64,000 nt of DNA, from NCBI GenBank assembly GCA_040081625.1, contig JBEBGD010000003.1, forward strand, positions 1-64,000, in the 5' to 3' direction. The notes beneath the pieces were generated by a model that saw only the letters and a program-made list of their open reading frames with translations, ran no database searches and was not told the origin of the DNA. Shown piece after piece: positions 19,161 through 31,151 of the stretch. The position numbers and the translations under genes were made by a program. The stretch is from Chthoniobacteraceae bacterium. Lineage in GTDB: Bacteria > Verrucomicrobiota > Verrucomicrobiia > Chthoniobacterales > Chthoniobacteraceae. Numbering within the stretch: position 1 is the first letter of the stretch; every line of letters starts with the position of its first letter.

Positions 19161-20300
19161 ATGTTCGTCGATCACATTCAGGTTCATGTCCAGGCGGGCA
19201 AAGGCGGGCGGGGCTGCGTTTCGTTCCGGCGCGAGAAGTTCATCCCCAAGGGCGGCCCCGACGGCGGCAATGGCGGCACGGGCGCTTCGGTGATCCTGCG
19301 GGTGGATGCGAATGTGGATAACCTCACCGACTTCTATTACTCGCCGAATCTGCGCGGGAAGCATGGCGAGCACGGGCTGGGCAAGAATTGCTACGGGCGC
19401 GCGGCTGAGGATGCGGTGTTCCATGTGCCTGTGGGCACCATCGTCTGGCGCGTGCCGATCGCCGCGAGTGGACCGACGGGCGATTCGCCGCGCAGCGACA
19501 AAACGTTCGTGGATTTCACGACACTCAGCGACGACGAGGCGGAGGCCTTCGACGGGCCCAAGCGCAAGCGAGTGGCCTTCGACCCCGCGCAATTTGAGCT
19601 GGTCGCGGACCTCACTGCGCCGGGCACCGATTTCGTGCTCTGCGAAGGCGGCAAGGGAGGCCGGGGCAATACGACTTTCAAGAGTTCGCTCAACCGGGTG
19701 CCCATTGAGTTCACCGACGGGGAGGCGGGCGAGGAGGGGACATTTTATTTCGAGCTTCGCAAGATCGCCGACGCGGGGCTGGTCGGCTATCCAAACGCGG
19801 GCAAGTCCACGCTGCTCACGCGCATCTCAAACGCGCACCCGAAGATCGCGCCTTATCCCTTCACCACGCTCACCCCGCACGTCGGCGTCCTCGAGCTGGA
19901 TGGCTACCGGCGCGTGACGGTGGCGGACATTCCCGGATTGATCGAGGGCGCGCACACCGACGTGGGCCTGGGGCACGATTTCCTGCGCCACATCGTGCGC
20001 TGCAAGCTGCTGGTCTTCGTGCTCGACATGGCCGGCAGCGAGGGGCGCGAGCCGCTGGCGGACCTGCAATCGCTGCGAAAGGAACTCGACCTTTATGACC
20101 CGACGCTGAGCGAGCGGCCGTGGCTGATCGTGGCGAACAAGATGGACCTGCCCGACGCGAAAGCGCGGCTAAAGACCTTTAGGACGCGGTATCGGAAGAT
20201 CGAGATCATCCCGATCAGCGCGGAGCAGGGGGAGGGCGTCGAAGTGCTCAAGCGGCGTCTCGGTGAGATCGTGTGCGAGGGGAAATTCAAGCCGGAGTAG
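19161..20300 (+). CDS. obgE: Obg family GTPase
   Basis: MFVD...FRREKFIPKGGPDGGNGG, GYPNAGKST, YPFTT, DIPG and NKMD. Confidence 0.97.
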   Translation: MFVDHIQVHVQAGKGGRGCVSFRREKFIPKGGPDGGNGGTGASVILRVDANVDNLTDFYYSPNLRGKHGEHGLGKNCYGRAAEDAVFHVPVGTIVWRVPIAASGPTGDSPRSDKTFVDFTTLSDDEAEAFDGPKRKRVAFDPAQFELVADLTAPGTDFVLCEGGKGGRGNTTFKSSLNRVPIEFTDGEAGEEGTFYFELRKIADAGLVGYPNAGKSTLLTRISNAHPKIAPYPFTTLTPHVGVLELDGYRRVTVADIPGLIEGAHTDVGLGHDFLRHIVRCKLLVFVLDMAGSEGREPLADLQSLRKELDLYDPTLSERPWLIVANKMDLPDAKARLKTFRTRYRKIEIIPISAEQGEGVEVLKRRLGEIVCEGKFKPE

Positions 20301-20321
20301 CCGGCGTCGGCGCCCGTCTGT

Positions 20322-20738
20322 TCAGCGCCCTTCGTCCGCGTCGATGTAATCGAACATCGTCTGGATGTCCTCGCGGCATGCGAGCCCGCTCTCGGCCTTG
20401 CGCTGGAGCAGGCGATCGCTGGCATCGTCCTTCCAGCCACGCTTGAGCATGAAGTCGGTCCAGATTTTCTGCTCGAGCGCGTCGGGACGGCGGCCTTGCT
20501 GGAAGGCCCATTCGAGCAGCGCCTCGTCGGAGCCGCCGGACTTCGCGCGCTCGACGAGCGCCGGGTAGTCGATCCACAAAAAGCGGCAGCAGAATTCATC
20601 GAAGCCGCCGCCGAGATTGGAGTGGTATTCGGCGGGAAGCTGGCCTGCGGCGTGGAGTCGGATCTTGTCGAGCATCCGCGCGAAATAGACGAGGCCGGTG
20701 GTTTTGTGGTGAGGACTGCGGAGCGCGGGCACTTGCAT
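20322..20738 (-). CDS. Conserved hypothetical protein (DUF5069-like)
   Basis: LRSP....GLVYFARMLDKIRL, GFD..CC.FL.IDY and FDYIDADEGR. Confidence 0.7.
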   Translation of the reverse strand: MQVPALRSPHHKTTGLVYFARMLDKIRLHAAGQLPAEYHSNLGGGFDEFCCRFLWIDYPALVERAKSGGSDEALLEWAFQQGRRPDALEQKIWTDFMLKRGWKDDASDRLLQRKAESGLACREDIQTMFDYIDADEGR

Positions 20739-20829
20739 GAGGGTGCCGAGATTACGGCGCATCGGAATTTCCGCGCAAGGCCTGCTTGCGTTTGCTCGGA
20801 TTCATCCGCACCATCGCCCACTCTTCCCG

Positions 20830-22146
20830 GTGAATACCATTTTGCTAATCGATGATGATGAGGTGTGCCGCGCGCCCGCTGCCGAACTGCTGCGGCGCGA
20901 GCGCTGGAACGTGATCGAGGCGGGCGATGGCGAAGAGGGGATCGAACTCGCGCTTAAGCACCGGCCCGCGGTGATCCTCTGCGATCTGCTGATGCCGCGC
21001 GTCAATGGATACCAGGTCTGCCGCGCCGTCCGCGAACGCATCGAGCTGCGGCACACGAAGATCATCGTGGTGACCGGGCGCGACTATTCCTCGGATCGGA
21101 AAAGCGCAGAAGAGGCCGGTGCCGACGGCTACCTCGTGAAGCCGCTCGAGATTTCCAAGCTGCTCGCGGTGCTCGACAAGGTTCTGCCCGGCAGGGCGAA
21201 TATGGCGCCCACACCGTCGGACGGCGCCGCCTTTGGCGCCGAGGGAGTGGGCACGCGCGTGAAGTTTTGGGGTGTGCGCGGATCGATCCCCTCGCCTGGG
21301 AACGGGACGATCTTCTTTGGCGGCAACACCTCGTGCGTGGAAGTGCGCGTCGGCAGCCAGATCATCGTGCTCGACGCCGGTTCGGGCATTCGTCCGCTCG
21401 GACTCTCGCTGATCGAGGAGTTCAAGACGCAGCCGATCGACCTCTCGCTGTTGATTACGCACACGCATTGGGATCACATTCAGGGGTTCCCATTCTTCCT
21501 GCCCGCGTATGATTCGCGGAACCGGATTCAGATTTTTGGCTACGAAGGCGCGCTCTCCGGGCTGCGCACCGCGCTCTCCGGGCAGATGGAGAGTCCGTAT
21601 TTCCCCGTCGCGATGGACGAACTGCAGGGCAATCTGCGGATCGACGAACTCCGCGAGATGAATTTTTCGCTTGGCGCGGTGCGCATCGAGACGTGCTTCA
21701 CGAATCACCCCGGCGTGTGCGTCGCCTACAAGCTCCAGACACCGGACGGCACGATTGTCTATATGCCCGACAACGAGACGCGAAAGGGCAGCGTCAGCGC
21801 CGACAACGGCGCGATGATTCCTGATCCATCCGAAGCGGACCTGGCGGAGTTCATTCGCGGCGTGGACGTGCTGATCATGGACAGCCAATACACGAGCGAA
21901 GAATACAAGACTCATGTCGGCTGGGGCCACGGATGCGTCGATGAAGTCGTGCGCCTGGCCATCGAGAACCGGGTCAAGCGGCTCTTCACCTTTCACCACG
22001 ATCCGTCACACGACGACCGCTTCATCTCCGCGATGCTCGTGCATGCGCGCCAGCTCGCCGAGGCCGCGCGCAGCCCGCTATTGGTCGATGCAGCGCGCGA
22101 GGGCCTCGAAGTGATGGTGCAGGGAGGCGTCGTCGCCGCCCGCTGA
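20830..22146 (+). CDS. Response regulator receiver domain fused to an MBL-fold metallo-hydrolase
   Basis: ILLIDDD, LCDLLMP and YLVKP (REC); FWGVRGSIP, GGNTSC, LDAGSG, THTHWDH and FHHDP (MBL). Confidence 0.9.
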   Translation: MNTILLIDDDEVCRAPAAELLRRERWNVIEAGDGEEGIELALKHRPAVILCDLLMPRVNGYQVCRAVRERIELRHTKIIVVTGRDYSSDRKSAEEAGADGYLVKPLEISKLLAVLDKVLPGRANMAPTPSDGAAFGAEGVGTRVKFWGVRGSIPSPGNGTIFFGGNTSCVEVRVGSQIIVLDAGSGIRPLGLSLIEEFKTQPIDLSLLITHTHWDHIQGFPFFLPAYDSRNRIQIFGYEGALSGLRTALSGQMESPYFPVAMDELQGNLRIDELREMNFSLGAVRIETCFTNHPGVCVAYKLQTPDGTIVYMPDNETRKGSVSADNGAMIPDPSEADLAEFIRGVDVLIMDSQYTSEEYKTHVGWGHGCVDEVVRLAIENRVKRLFTFHHDPSHDDRFISAMLVHARQLAEAARSPLLVDAAREGLEVMVQGGVVAAR

Positions 22147-22159
22147 AGCACTCGCGCCG

Positions 22160-22660
22160 CTACGGCTCCGCGAACTCGTGCTTGAGCTTTTCCACGAGCG
22201 CCTCGAGCTTCGGTCGCCGCAATTCCTCCATCTGCTTGCGGAGGTCTTCCTCGAGGTGCTTTCGCTCCTCGAAGTAGCGATCGGAAAATTTTTTCTTCTG
22301 CTCGTCGGAAAGGCTCAGCCCCGAACGTTTGATCGCTGCTTCCACGTCCTCCCGCATCTTCTTGCGGAAGAACTCGGCGCGCTGAAAGATCTCCATCTTC
22401 CGTTCCGGCGGCAGCTCGGATAGCTGCTTCATCGTCTCCATCCAGCGTTGCCGCTGTTCCGGGCTCATCTGCTGAAAGCCTTGGCGCGCCTTCTCCGCGT
22501 CCGGTCCAGATGGAAATCCGGGGCCGGGCCTGCGCATTCCCGGTGAGCCAGGGGCCTTGGTGGGCGCCGGGGTGGCCGTCGGATCGACCGGCGGCCTGTC
22601 TTGCGCGACCAGAGCGGTCGCGAAGCCGAGGACGACTAGCGCAGCGAGCTGTCGAGCCAT
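22160..22660 (-). CDS. Exported helical protein (Spy/DUF3106-like)
   Basis: Signal peptide, Pro/Gly linker and charged helices MSPEQRQRW, LPPERK, LSDEQKKK. Confidence 0.6.
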   Translation of the reverse strand: MARQLAALVVLGFATALVAQDRPPVDPTATPAPTKAPGSPGMRRPGPGFPSGPDAEKARQGFQQMSPEQRQRWMETMKQLSELPPERKMEIFQRAEFFRKKMREDVEAAIKRSGLSLSDEQKKKFSDRYFEERKHLEEDLRKQMEELRRPKLEALVEKLKHEFAEP

Positions 22661-23004
22661 GCGTTGCTATCGTCGAGCGCGAGGAGCACGTCGAGATTGT
22701 TGACGACGGTGAAGTCGCTGTTCGCGAGCGCCGCTTCGATAGCGGCGGCTTCGTGCGCAGCGAGCGGACGCGGGGTCGGAGCCTGCGGCTGGCCGCTGAG
22801 CGCGACGAATAGCACGACGGCCGCCGCACCGGCGAGCGCGAGCCAATTCCATCCGTGCCGGAGCCACTCGACGAATCCCGCCTCCCGCTCTGGTTGCGCC
22901 ATTCGCACCGCGCGGAGGACATCCTGCACGAAAGCCGGCCGCGCCTGGGCAGGACGCGCCCGCCCGAGTAGCTCCCAAAGGTTGTCGTTATCGTCGTGGT
23001 TCAT
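22636..23004 (-). CDS. Single-pass membrane protein, anti-sigma-factor-like
   Basis: LWELLGRA.P...RPAFVQDVLRAVR cytoplasmic segment, TM WLALAGAAAVVLFVAL, C-terminal VVNNLDVLLALD. Confidence 0.6.
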   Translation of the reverse strand: MNHDDNDNLWELLGRARPAQARPAFVQDVLRAVRMAQPEREAGFVEWLRHGWNWLALAGAAAVVLFVALSGQPQAPTPRPLAAHEAAAIEAALANSDFTVVNNLDVLLALDDSNAWLDSSLR

Positions 23005-23070
23005 GGCTGGGGGGACTAAACCCGGAACCGCCCGTAAGTTGCAGACAAAATGCGTGCGCGGTGGCGTCGG

Positions 23071-25197
<2,127 letters not shown>

Positions 25198-25244
25198 ACC
25201 CGAGTGGAGTGAGCTCTCGTCCCACCACCGACCTGACCACTGGT

Positions 25245-27107
25245 TCAGAGCGGTGGGGAAAAAAGCCTGCCAAGGTTTGCGAGGTGACTTTTCAAATCAA
25301 GGACTTCTTTCTGTAGTTTTGAGACCTCGTCCGGCTGCAATCCGAGTTGGCGTAACCGCACCTGACATGCATCCAGCCGATGCCGGACCCGCTCGCGCGA
25401 GATCGCCCGCCAGACATCGTTCGCCGTCAGCATCGGGAACCAAAGTGTCCCGGCGGTTCCGTCGGGTTTGGCGAAGACCTTGTCATTGCTGCTTGGAGCC
25501 GCCGACTGGATCAGTCCGTTCTCGAGCACGTCCACGACGGCGTCCTGCTCCTGGTCGGTCAGGCTGGTGAGAAAGCTGTTCACCGATACCGGGTTGGTCA
25601 CCTCCACCTCGGCGAGCAGCACTTTCTCGAGCAGGTCTTCGTTCGGATCGACGCCGGCGATTTCCTCCCACGCCTGCTCCTGAAGCCACAGGCGCGCGTC
25701 CGCATCGCACAGTGCGACGAGGAGCAGATTCGAGATCGCCTTCGAGAACTCGAGCCGCGGCTGCAATGCCTCGGGAGACGGATCCGGCCTCTCGATCTTC
25801 GGCGTCGTGAGCAGGCGCGCGAATTCCTGCGGCGACACCTCCAGCCGCTCCGACGCCCGGTTCGTGATCGCTGTGCGCAGCATCACGTCGCTCACTTTGC
25901 TGATCGCCCCGGCCAGCTTTCGAACCGCGACGACCCGTCCGCGCGTGGTCGCGAATTCCGGCTTCGCCGTCTCCCGGTCGATCACGAAATCGAAGTAGTC
26001 CTTCGCCGCCGCGATCCGCTCGCGGAACGCGTCCGCGCCCTTGCCGCGAATGAGCGAATCGGGATCCTCGCCTTCCGGCATCGTCGCCACCCGCACGGCG
26101 AGACTCGCCGCGAGCAGCGCGTCGAGCGAACGCTCCGCCGCCTTCTCGCCCGCGAGGTCCGCGTCGAAGCACAGCACGACTTCCTCGCAGTATTGCTTGA
26201 GCTTCCGCGCCTGCCGCTCGGTGAAGGCCGTGCCCTGCGGCGCGACCACGTTCTGCACGCCGGCCTCGAACGCCGTGATCAGGTCGAGCTGGCCCTCGCA
26301 CACGATCACCGAGCCGCGATCGATCAGCGCGCGCTTGGATTTGTGCAGCCCGAAGAGCACCGCGCCCTTTACGAAAAGCATCGTCTCCGGCGAGTTGATG
26401 TATTTCGCAGCCTTCGCATCCGGCGCGAGCACGCGGCCGGAGAAGCCGATGACTTCGCCCGTGTCGTTGCAGATGGGGAACATCACGCGCCCGCGGAAAC
26501 GATCGTAGAACTCACTTCGCGGACGATCTTCGTCGCGCGTCTTCACCAGCCCGCTCTCGAGCAGCTCCTCCTCGGAGAATCTTTGCGCGTGCGCCAGCTC
26601 GCGCATCGAATCCCACTCGTCCGGCGCGAAGCCGATCTTCCACGACTTCGCGACATCGCTGCCGATGCCGCGGCCCTTGAGGTAGTCGCGCGCGACCTGC
26701 GCCGACGGCTTTTTCATGAGCTGTTGGTGGAAAAACTCCGCCGCCTCCGCGTGCAGCGCGAGCAGCCGGCGCCGCATCGAGACCTTCGCCTCGTCCTCCG
26801 CCGACATCAGTCCGTCCTCGACCCGGATGCCGCCGCGCTCGGCGAGCTTCCGCGCCGCAGCGTGGAAATCGAGGTTCTCATATTGCATCACGAACTTGAT
26901 CGGCCCACCGCCCGCGCCGCAGCCGAAGCACTTATACATCTGCCGCTGCGGATTCACCGTGAACGAAGGCGTGTTCTCCTGGTGAAACGGGCAGCGCGCC
27001 TTCCACATTGCACCGGCGCGCTTGAGCGGGAAGTAACCCTGCACCAGCTCGACGATGTCGTTCGCGGCGTTGATTTGGTCGATGAGCTCGTTCGAGAGGC
27101 GCGGCAC
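25245..27107 (-). CDS. dnaG: DNA primase
   Basis: CPFH...CFGC zinc finger, [26 protein letters not shown] and FDAD.AG TOPRIM. Confidence 0.98.
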   Translation of the reverse strand: MPRLSNELIDQINAANDIVELVQGYFPLKRAGAMWKARCPFHQENTPSFTVNPQRQMYKCFGCGAGGGPIKFVMQYENLDFHAAARKLAERGGIRVEDGLMSAEDEAKVSMRRRLLALHAEAAEFFHQQLMKKPSAQVARDYLKGRGIGSDVAKSWKIGFAPDEWDSMRELAHAQRFSEEELLESGLVKTRDEDRPRSEFYDRFRGRVMFPICNDTGEVIGFSGRVLAPDAKAAKYINSPETMLFVKGAVLFGLHKSKRALIDRGSVIVCEGQLDLITAFEAGVQNVVAPQGTAFTERQARKLKQYCEEVVLCFDADLAGEKAAERSLDALLAASLAVRVATMPEGEDPDSLIRGKGADAFRERIAAAKDYFDFVIDRETAKPEFATTRGRVVAVRKLAGAISKVSDVMLRTAITNRASERLEVSPQEFARLLTTPKIERPDPSPEALQPRLEFSKAISNLLLVALCDADARLWLQEQAWEEIAGVDPNEDLLEKVLLAEVEVTNPVSVNSFLTSLTDQEQDAVVDVLENGLIQSAAPSSNDKVFAKPDGTAGTLWFPMLTANDVWRAISRERVRHRLDACQVRLRQLGLQPDEVSKLQKEVLDLKSHLANLGRLFSPPL

Positions 27108-27113
27108 GCGCGG

Positions 27114-27142
27114 ACTGTCGATGCGCGAACGCGGCGTGTCGA
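27114..27142 (-). promoter_or_regulatory. Putative sigma70 promoter for a leaderless dnaG transcript
   Basis: Minus strand TCGACA-N17-GACAGT, 6 nt before the GTG start. Confidence 0.4.
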
Positions 27143-27152
27143 GCGACTGCGC

Positions 27153-28415
27153 TCAGCGACCCGGTCCGCGCGGTCCGCCGCCGCGACCATCCGTCGGTCC
27201 GCCGCGTTGTTGCGGCGGAGTGAAAGGCACGCCATTGGCCTGCGCCCACGTCTGCGCCGCCGCTCCGTCGCGCTGGCCCCACGAGCGAAGTAGATCGCGC
27301 ATCGTGTCGTTGCGGCGTTCTTCCTCGGTGATGGATTGCGCCCACGCGATTGCGCCCTCGGGATCGTTTCTCACCACGCGCTGCGCGTAGTCCTGCCGCG
27401 CGCGATCAAATTCCGCCGATGGCCCGAGTTGCTGGAGATAGCTGCCCGCCGCGACCGGATCTTTTTGCGCCCACTCACCGATTACCTCAGCCATCGCGCG
27501 CTGCCGGGTCTCGCCGGCCGGCAGGCCGTTTGCCCAGCCCGCCGCGTCCTTCGGATCCTTGTCCACAAGCCGCTGGGCCAGCTCCCGCGCCATGCCCGCG
27601 CGGAACTGCTCGTCGGTCTGGTCAAGCACCGCGCTGCGTGCCGCTTCCAGCCCGCGCTGGCTGATGAGTTCGCTGATCAGCGTGTCCGCCATCCGCCCGC
27701 GCGCGCGGCTGTAGGGCTGGTTCGCGGCCACGTCGATCGCGCGGTCGAGGCTCGACTTCGCCAGCGAGTTGACCAGCGTCGCGACCGCCCAGTTGCCATC
27801 TTCGCCGCCGGGCCCGATCCCGCGCTGTCCACCGCCTTCGGTCGGCGCGCCATTTTTCTCCGCCCACGCGATCGCCGCCTCGGGGCTGTCCTTCACCCAC
27901 GTTTTGAGCACCGCGTTGAGCCCGTTGAACCGCGACCAGTCGCGCAAGCCCGACGCGAAGGTCGCCGCCTCCGCCGGATCGAGTTTCGTCCACTTCTGAA
28001 GCAGCATCGCCTGCTCGGTCATCCGGTAGCGCCCGTTCGGGTCCTTCGCGATGACTTCGAGCACCGACTTGATTTCAGCCGGGTCCTTGAGCGCCTCGAG
28101 CAGGCGCAGGAAGCCGAGCATGCGCATTGATTCGTCGTCCTGCTTGAGCAGGAACTTCACGTGATCCTCGAGCGAACGCCCGCCGATCACTTCCGCGATG
28201 CCGGTCGCGCGCGAGCCAAACCAGCCGGCCAGCGAAAACTCCTCGTCGCCGGAACTCTGCGTCGCGCCAGTCCCGGTCTGTGGCAAGGCGGCCACGGCTC
28301 CGGATTGCGTCACCCGCTCGATCACTCGCGTCGCCGAGCCCAGTCGCCCGAGGCTGAATGCGGCAGTCGCGGAGAGCAGCCAGGCGGCGGCGATGAGAAG
28401 GCGGCGTGATTTCAT
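27153..28415 (-). CDS. Membrane-anchored or exported alpha-solenoid repeat protein
   Basis: N-terminal hydrophobic segment; recurring W...DP..A..W units (WTKLDPAEA, WVKDSPEAAIAW, WAQKDPVAA); Gly/Pro/Arg tail. Confidence 0.75.
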   Translation of the reverse strand: MKSRRLLIAAAWLLSATAAFSLGRLGSATRVIERVTQSGAVAALPQTGTGATQSSGDEEFSLAGWFGSRATGIAEVIGGRSLEDHVKFLLKQDDESMRMLGFLRLLEALKDPAEIKSVLEVIAKDPNGRYRMTEQAMLLQKWTKLDPAEAATFASGLRDWSRFNGLNAVLKTWVKDSPEAAIAWAEKNGAPTEGGGQRGIGPGGEDGNWAVATLVNSLAKSSLDRAIDVAANQPYSRARGRMADTLISELISQRGLEAARSAVLDQTDEQFRAGMARELAQRLVDKDPKDAAGWANGLPAGETRQRAMAEVIGEWAQKDPVAAGSYLQQLGPSAEFDRARQDYAQRVVRNDPEGAIAWAQSITEEERRNDTMRDLLRSWGQRDGAAAQTWAQANGVPFTPPQQRGGPTDGRGGGPRGPGR

Positions 28416-28484
28416 GGGAGTCGGGGCTGAAACACCGGGTCGATCGGAAAGTTAGCCGCGATTCGTGTCGCGGTGACGCGCACC

Positions 28485-29540
28485 TTACAGCAGCACGTCG
28501 ATGATCTCCAGTGCGCGGTGATAGACCTTGTGCCGGCTTCCGCCGCCGATCTCCCACAGCAGGAGACTCGTCGTCTCATTGCTCCCCGCGGGCAGCAGGT
28601 GATTATAGATGCTGCCATTTGCGAGCCGCACCTCGACGCGGAAAAACGCGCCCTGCTGATCGCGATACACTCGCACGCTGCCGGTCTTCCCACGCAGTTC
28701 GCACACGCTGATCGAGCGCCCCGCCTCCGCGGTGAAGGCGATCCGCACGCGCTGGCCTTTCGGGTGCGTGAACGTGATCTCGTCGCCGTCGCGTTTCGGG
28801 TCCGCGAGCCGGAGCTGCGCTGCAAACCAGCTCGTGAGCAGCAGCGCCGTCGAGCGATTCGCCGGCGCGTGGCTGATGCCGATCGTGTGGAGCCCGTCGA
28901 GCACCGCGAGGTTTTCCTCGTGATCGAACATGAGCGCCAGCGCCTGCCGGAGGTGAAGCGAGCGCGCCCAGTTCAAGTCGCACAATACGAGGCTCGCCTG
29001 TGTCCCGTCGAGCGACGCGCGCAACCTGCGGAACTGCTCCTTCGGGTCCGCCCACTTCTGGCTGTCGAAGATGAGCCGGTCCACGCGCGCCCACAGCGTC
29101 CTGTCGATCTGCTCGGGAAACTCGCACTGCCACCAAAGGTAAAGCGGCAGATCGGAGTCGAGATTCGCGAAGACCGTGTTCGCGATGCGCCCCGCCGTCT
29201 TCCCCTCGAAGAGCAGCGACACCTGCTCGCAGCAGATCTGTTTCGCGCCGGCCCGCGAGAGATGGCAGTGCGCGTTGATAAAGGCGGAGACTTTGTCCTC
29301 CGGCGCATCCGGCTCGTGGCAGATGAGCAGCGCACGGCACGCGTGCTCGCGCGTGAATTCGCTGACGAAGGAAGTGTTATCCGCGCTCCCCGCGAGCCCG
29401 CGGAAATAGACTGCGAAGTTGATCAGCGACGCGCGTGTCTGCGTGCCGCCGGTGCTTTCCCATAGTTTCTTTAGCTCCTTGCCGACCGCGCCGACTTCCA
29501 CCGGCACGCCGAGCGCTGAGGTGTCGAGATTCGCTGGCAT
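28485..29540 (-). CDS. opcA: Glucose-6-phosphate dehydrogenase assembly/activator protein OpcA
   Basis: TRASLINF, ICCEQV, LDSDLPLYLWW, DRLIFDS and DLNWAR; starts 2 nt after the zwf stop. Confidence 0.85.
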   Translation of the reverse strand: MPANLDTSALGVPVEVGAVGKELKKLWESTGGTQTRASLINFAVYFRGLAGSADNTSFVSEFTREHACRALLICHEPDAPEDKVSAFINAHCHLSRAGAKQICCEQVSLLFEGKTAGRIANTVFANLDSDLPLYLWWQCEFPEQIDRTLWARVDRLIFDSQKWADPKEQFRRLRASLDGTQASLVLCDLNWARSLHLRQALALMFDHEENLAVLDGLHTIGISHAPANRSTALLLTSWFAAQLRLADPKRDGDEITFTHPKGQRVRIAFTAEAGRSISVCELRGKTGSVRVYRDQQGAFFRVEVRLANGSIYNHLLPAGSNETTSLLLWEIGGGSRHKVYHRALEIIDVLL

Positions 29541-29542
29541 CG

Positions 29543-31090
29543 TTACATCCTCCGCCACGCGCGCCCGTCGCGTTCGAGCAGGTCGTCGGATTCCGTCGGG
29601 CCCCACGACCCGGCGGGATAAAAGGCAAGCGGCGGCGGCGTGTCGCTGTGGTGCCATGCATTCTCGATCCGGTCGATGAAAGCCCACGCATTCTCCACCT
29701 CGTCGCGCCGCGCAAAGAGCGTCGCATCACCAGCCATCGCATCGAGCAGCAGCCGCTCGTAAGCCTCCGGCGACGCCTTCCCGAAGCTCGTGCCGTAGGC
29801 GAAATCCATCTTCACCGGCTGGATGTCGAGCGCCGTGCCGGGCCGCTTCGCCTGGATGCGCAGCGAGATGCCCTCGTCCGGCTGGATGCGGATCACGAGC
29901 ACGTTCGGTCCGATCTCCACGTCGCGGCTGAAAAGAATCGTCGGCACGTTCTTGAACTGAATGGCGATCTCCGTCGCGCCCTTCGCGAGCCGCTTCCCGA
30001 AGCGCACGTAGAACGGCACGCCCGCCCAGCGCCACGTGTCGATGTGGATCTTCAGCGCCGCGTAAGTCTCCGTCACCGATTGCGGATTCACGCGATCCTC
30101 GGCGCGATACGCGATCACATCCTTCCCGCCGATCGCGCCCGCGCTGTATTGCCCGCGCACCACATCGCGCGCGACATCCTCCGGCGACATCGGTCGCAGC
30201 GACTTGAAGACCTTCACCTTCTCATCGCGGATCGCGTCCGCGCTCAACTCCACCGGCGGCTCCATCGCCACGAGCGTGAGCAGTTGCAGCAGGTGATTCT
30301 GGATCATGTCGCGCAGCGCGCCGCTCGTCTCGTAGTAAGGCCCGCGCCCCTCGACCCCGAGCGGCTCCGCGCCGCTGATCTGCACGTGATCGATGTAACG
30401 CGAATTCCAAAGCGGCTCGAGGATCGCGTTGGTGAAACGCAGCACCATGATGTTCTGCGCCGTCTCCTTCCCGAGATAGTGGTCGATGCGATACGTCTCC
30501 TTTTCCGAGAAGACATCGTTGACCACCTTGTTGAGCGTCTGCGCGCTCGGCAGATCCTTGCCGAACGGCTTCTCCACGATCACCCGCGCCCACGCGCCGT
30601 CCTTCGCCTTGTTCAGCCCGACCTCCGCGAGCTTCTGCAAAATCCCGGGGAACTCGCTCGGCGCGACCGAGAGATAAAACAGCCGATTGCCCTTCGTCCC
30701 GCTCGACGCATCGAGCGCGTCGAGTTTCGCCGCGAGCGACTTGTAGCCGTCGAAATTCCCGAACTCGCTCGCGTGGTAATAAATCCTGCTCACGAACGAA
30801 GCCCACAGCTCGTCATTGACGCCCTGCCGCGAATACTTCCGCGCCTGCTCCTCGAGCTCCTTGCGGAAGCCCTCGTCCGTCTTCTCCCGCCGCGCGAATC
30901 CGATGACATTGAACGCCGTCGGCAGGTCGCCATCCGCGCCGAGATTGTAGAGCGCGGGGATGAGCTTGCGGAAAGTCAGGTCGCCCGACGCGCCGAAGAT
31001 GACGACGTTGCAAGGCTGCGGCGTGGGCCGCGCGGAGAGGCCCTCACGCAGCGGGTTTAGGGATGGATCGGTCGAGGTCGTTGTGCTCAC
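29543..31090 (-). CDS. zwf: Glucose-6-phosphate 1-dehydrogenase
   Basis: IFGASGDLT.RKLIPAL, EKPFG, RIDHYLGKE and RWAGVPFY; GTG 31090 lies 9 nt after TTGAAA-N17-CACTCT. Confidence 0.98.
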   Translation of the reverse strand: MSTTTSTDPSLNPLREGLSARPTPQPCNVVIFGASGDLTFRKLIPALYNLGADGDLPTAFNVIGFARREKTDEGFRKELEEQARKYSRQGVNDELWASFVSRIYYHASEFGNFDGYKSLAAKLDALDASSGTKGNRLFYLSVAPSEFPGILQKLAEVGLNKAKDGAWARVIVEKPFGKDLPSAQTLNKVVNDVFSEKETYRIDHYLGKETAQNIMVLRFTNAILEPLWNSRYIDHVQISGAEPLGVEGRGPYYETSGALRDMIQNHLLQLLTLVAMEPPVELSADAIRDEKVKVFKSLRPMSPEDVARDVVRGQYSAGAIGGKDVIAYRAEDRVNPQSVTETYAALKIHIDTWRWAGVPFYVRFGKRLAKGATEIAIQFKNVPTILFSRDVEIGPNVLVIRIQPDEGISLRIQAKRPGTALDIQPVKMDFAYGTSFGKASPEAYERLLLDAMAGDATLFARRDEVENAWAFIDRIENAWHHSDTPPPLAFYPAGSWGPTESDDLLERDGRAWRRM

Positions 31091-31151
31091 GGTCCCGCGA
31101 GAGTGCGGACGCGCGTGGAGAATTTCAACAACCGTTTCCAACCCGCGGAAT

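Noticed and set aside
19450..19598. Obg insertion as an intein
   Set aside because: Too short, and lacks the N-terminal Cys/Ser block and the C-terminal His-Asn.
25198..25330. AT-richer stretch at the dnaG end as an ncRNA or internal rpoD promoter
   Set aside because: Mostly dnaG coding sequence; I could not identify a convincing structure or promoter pair by eye.
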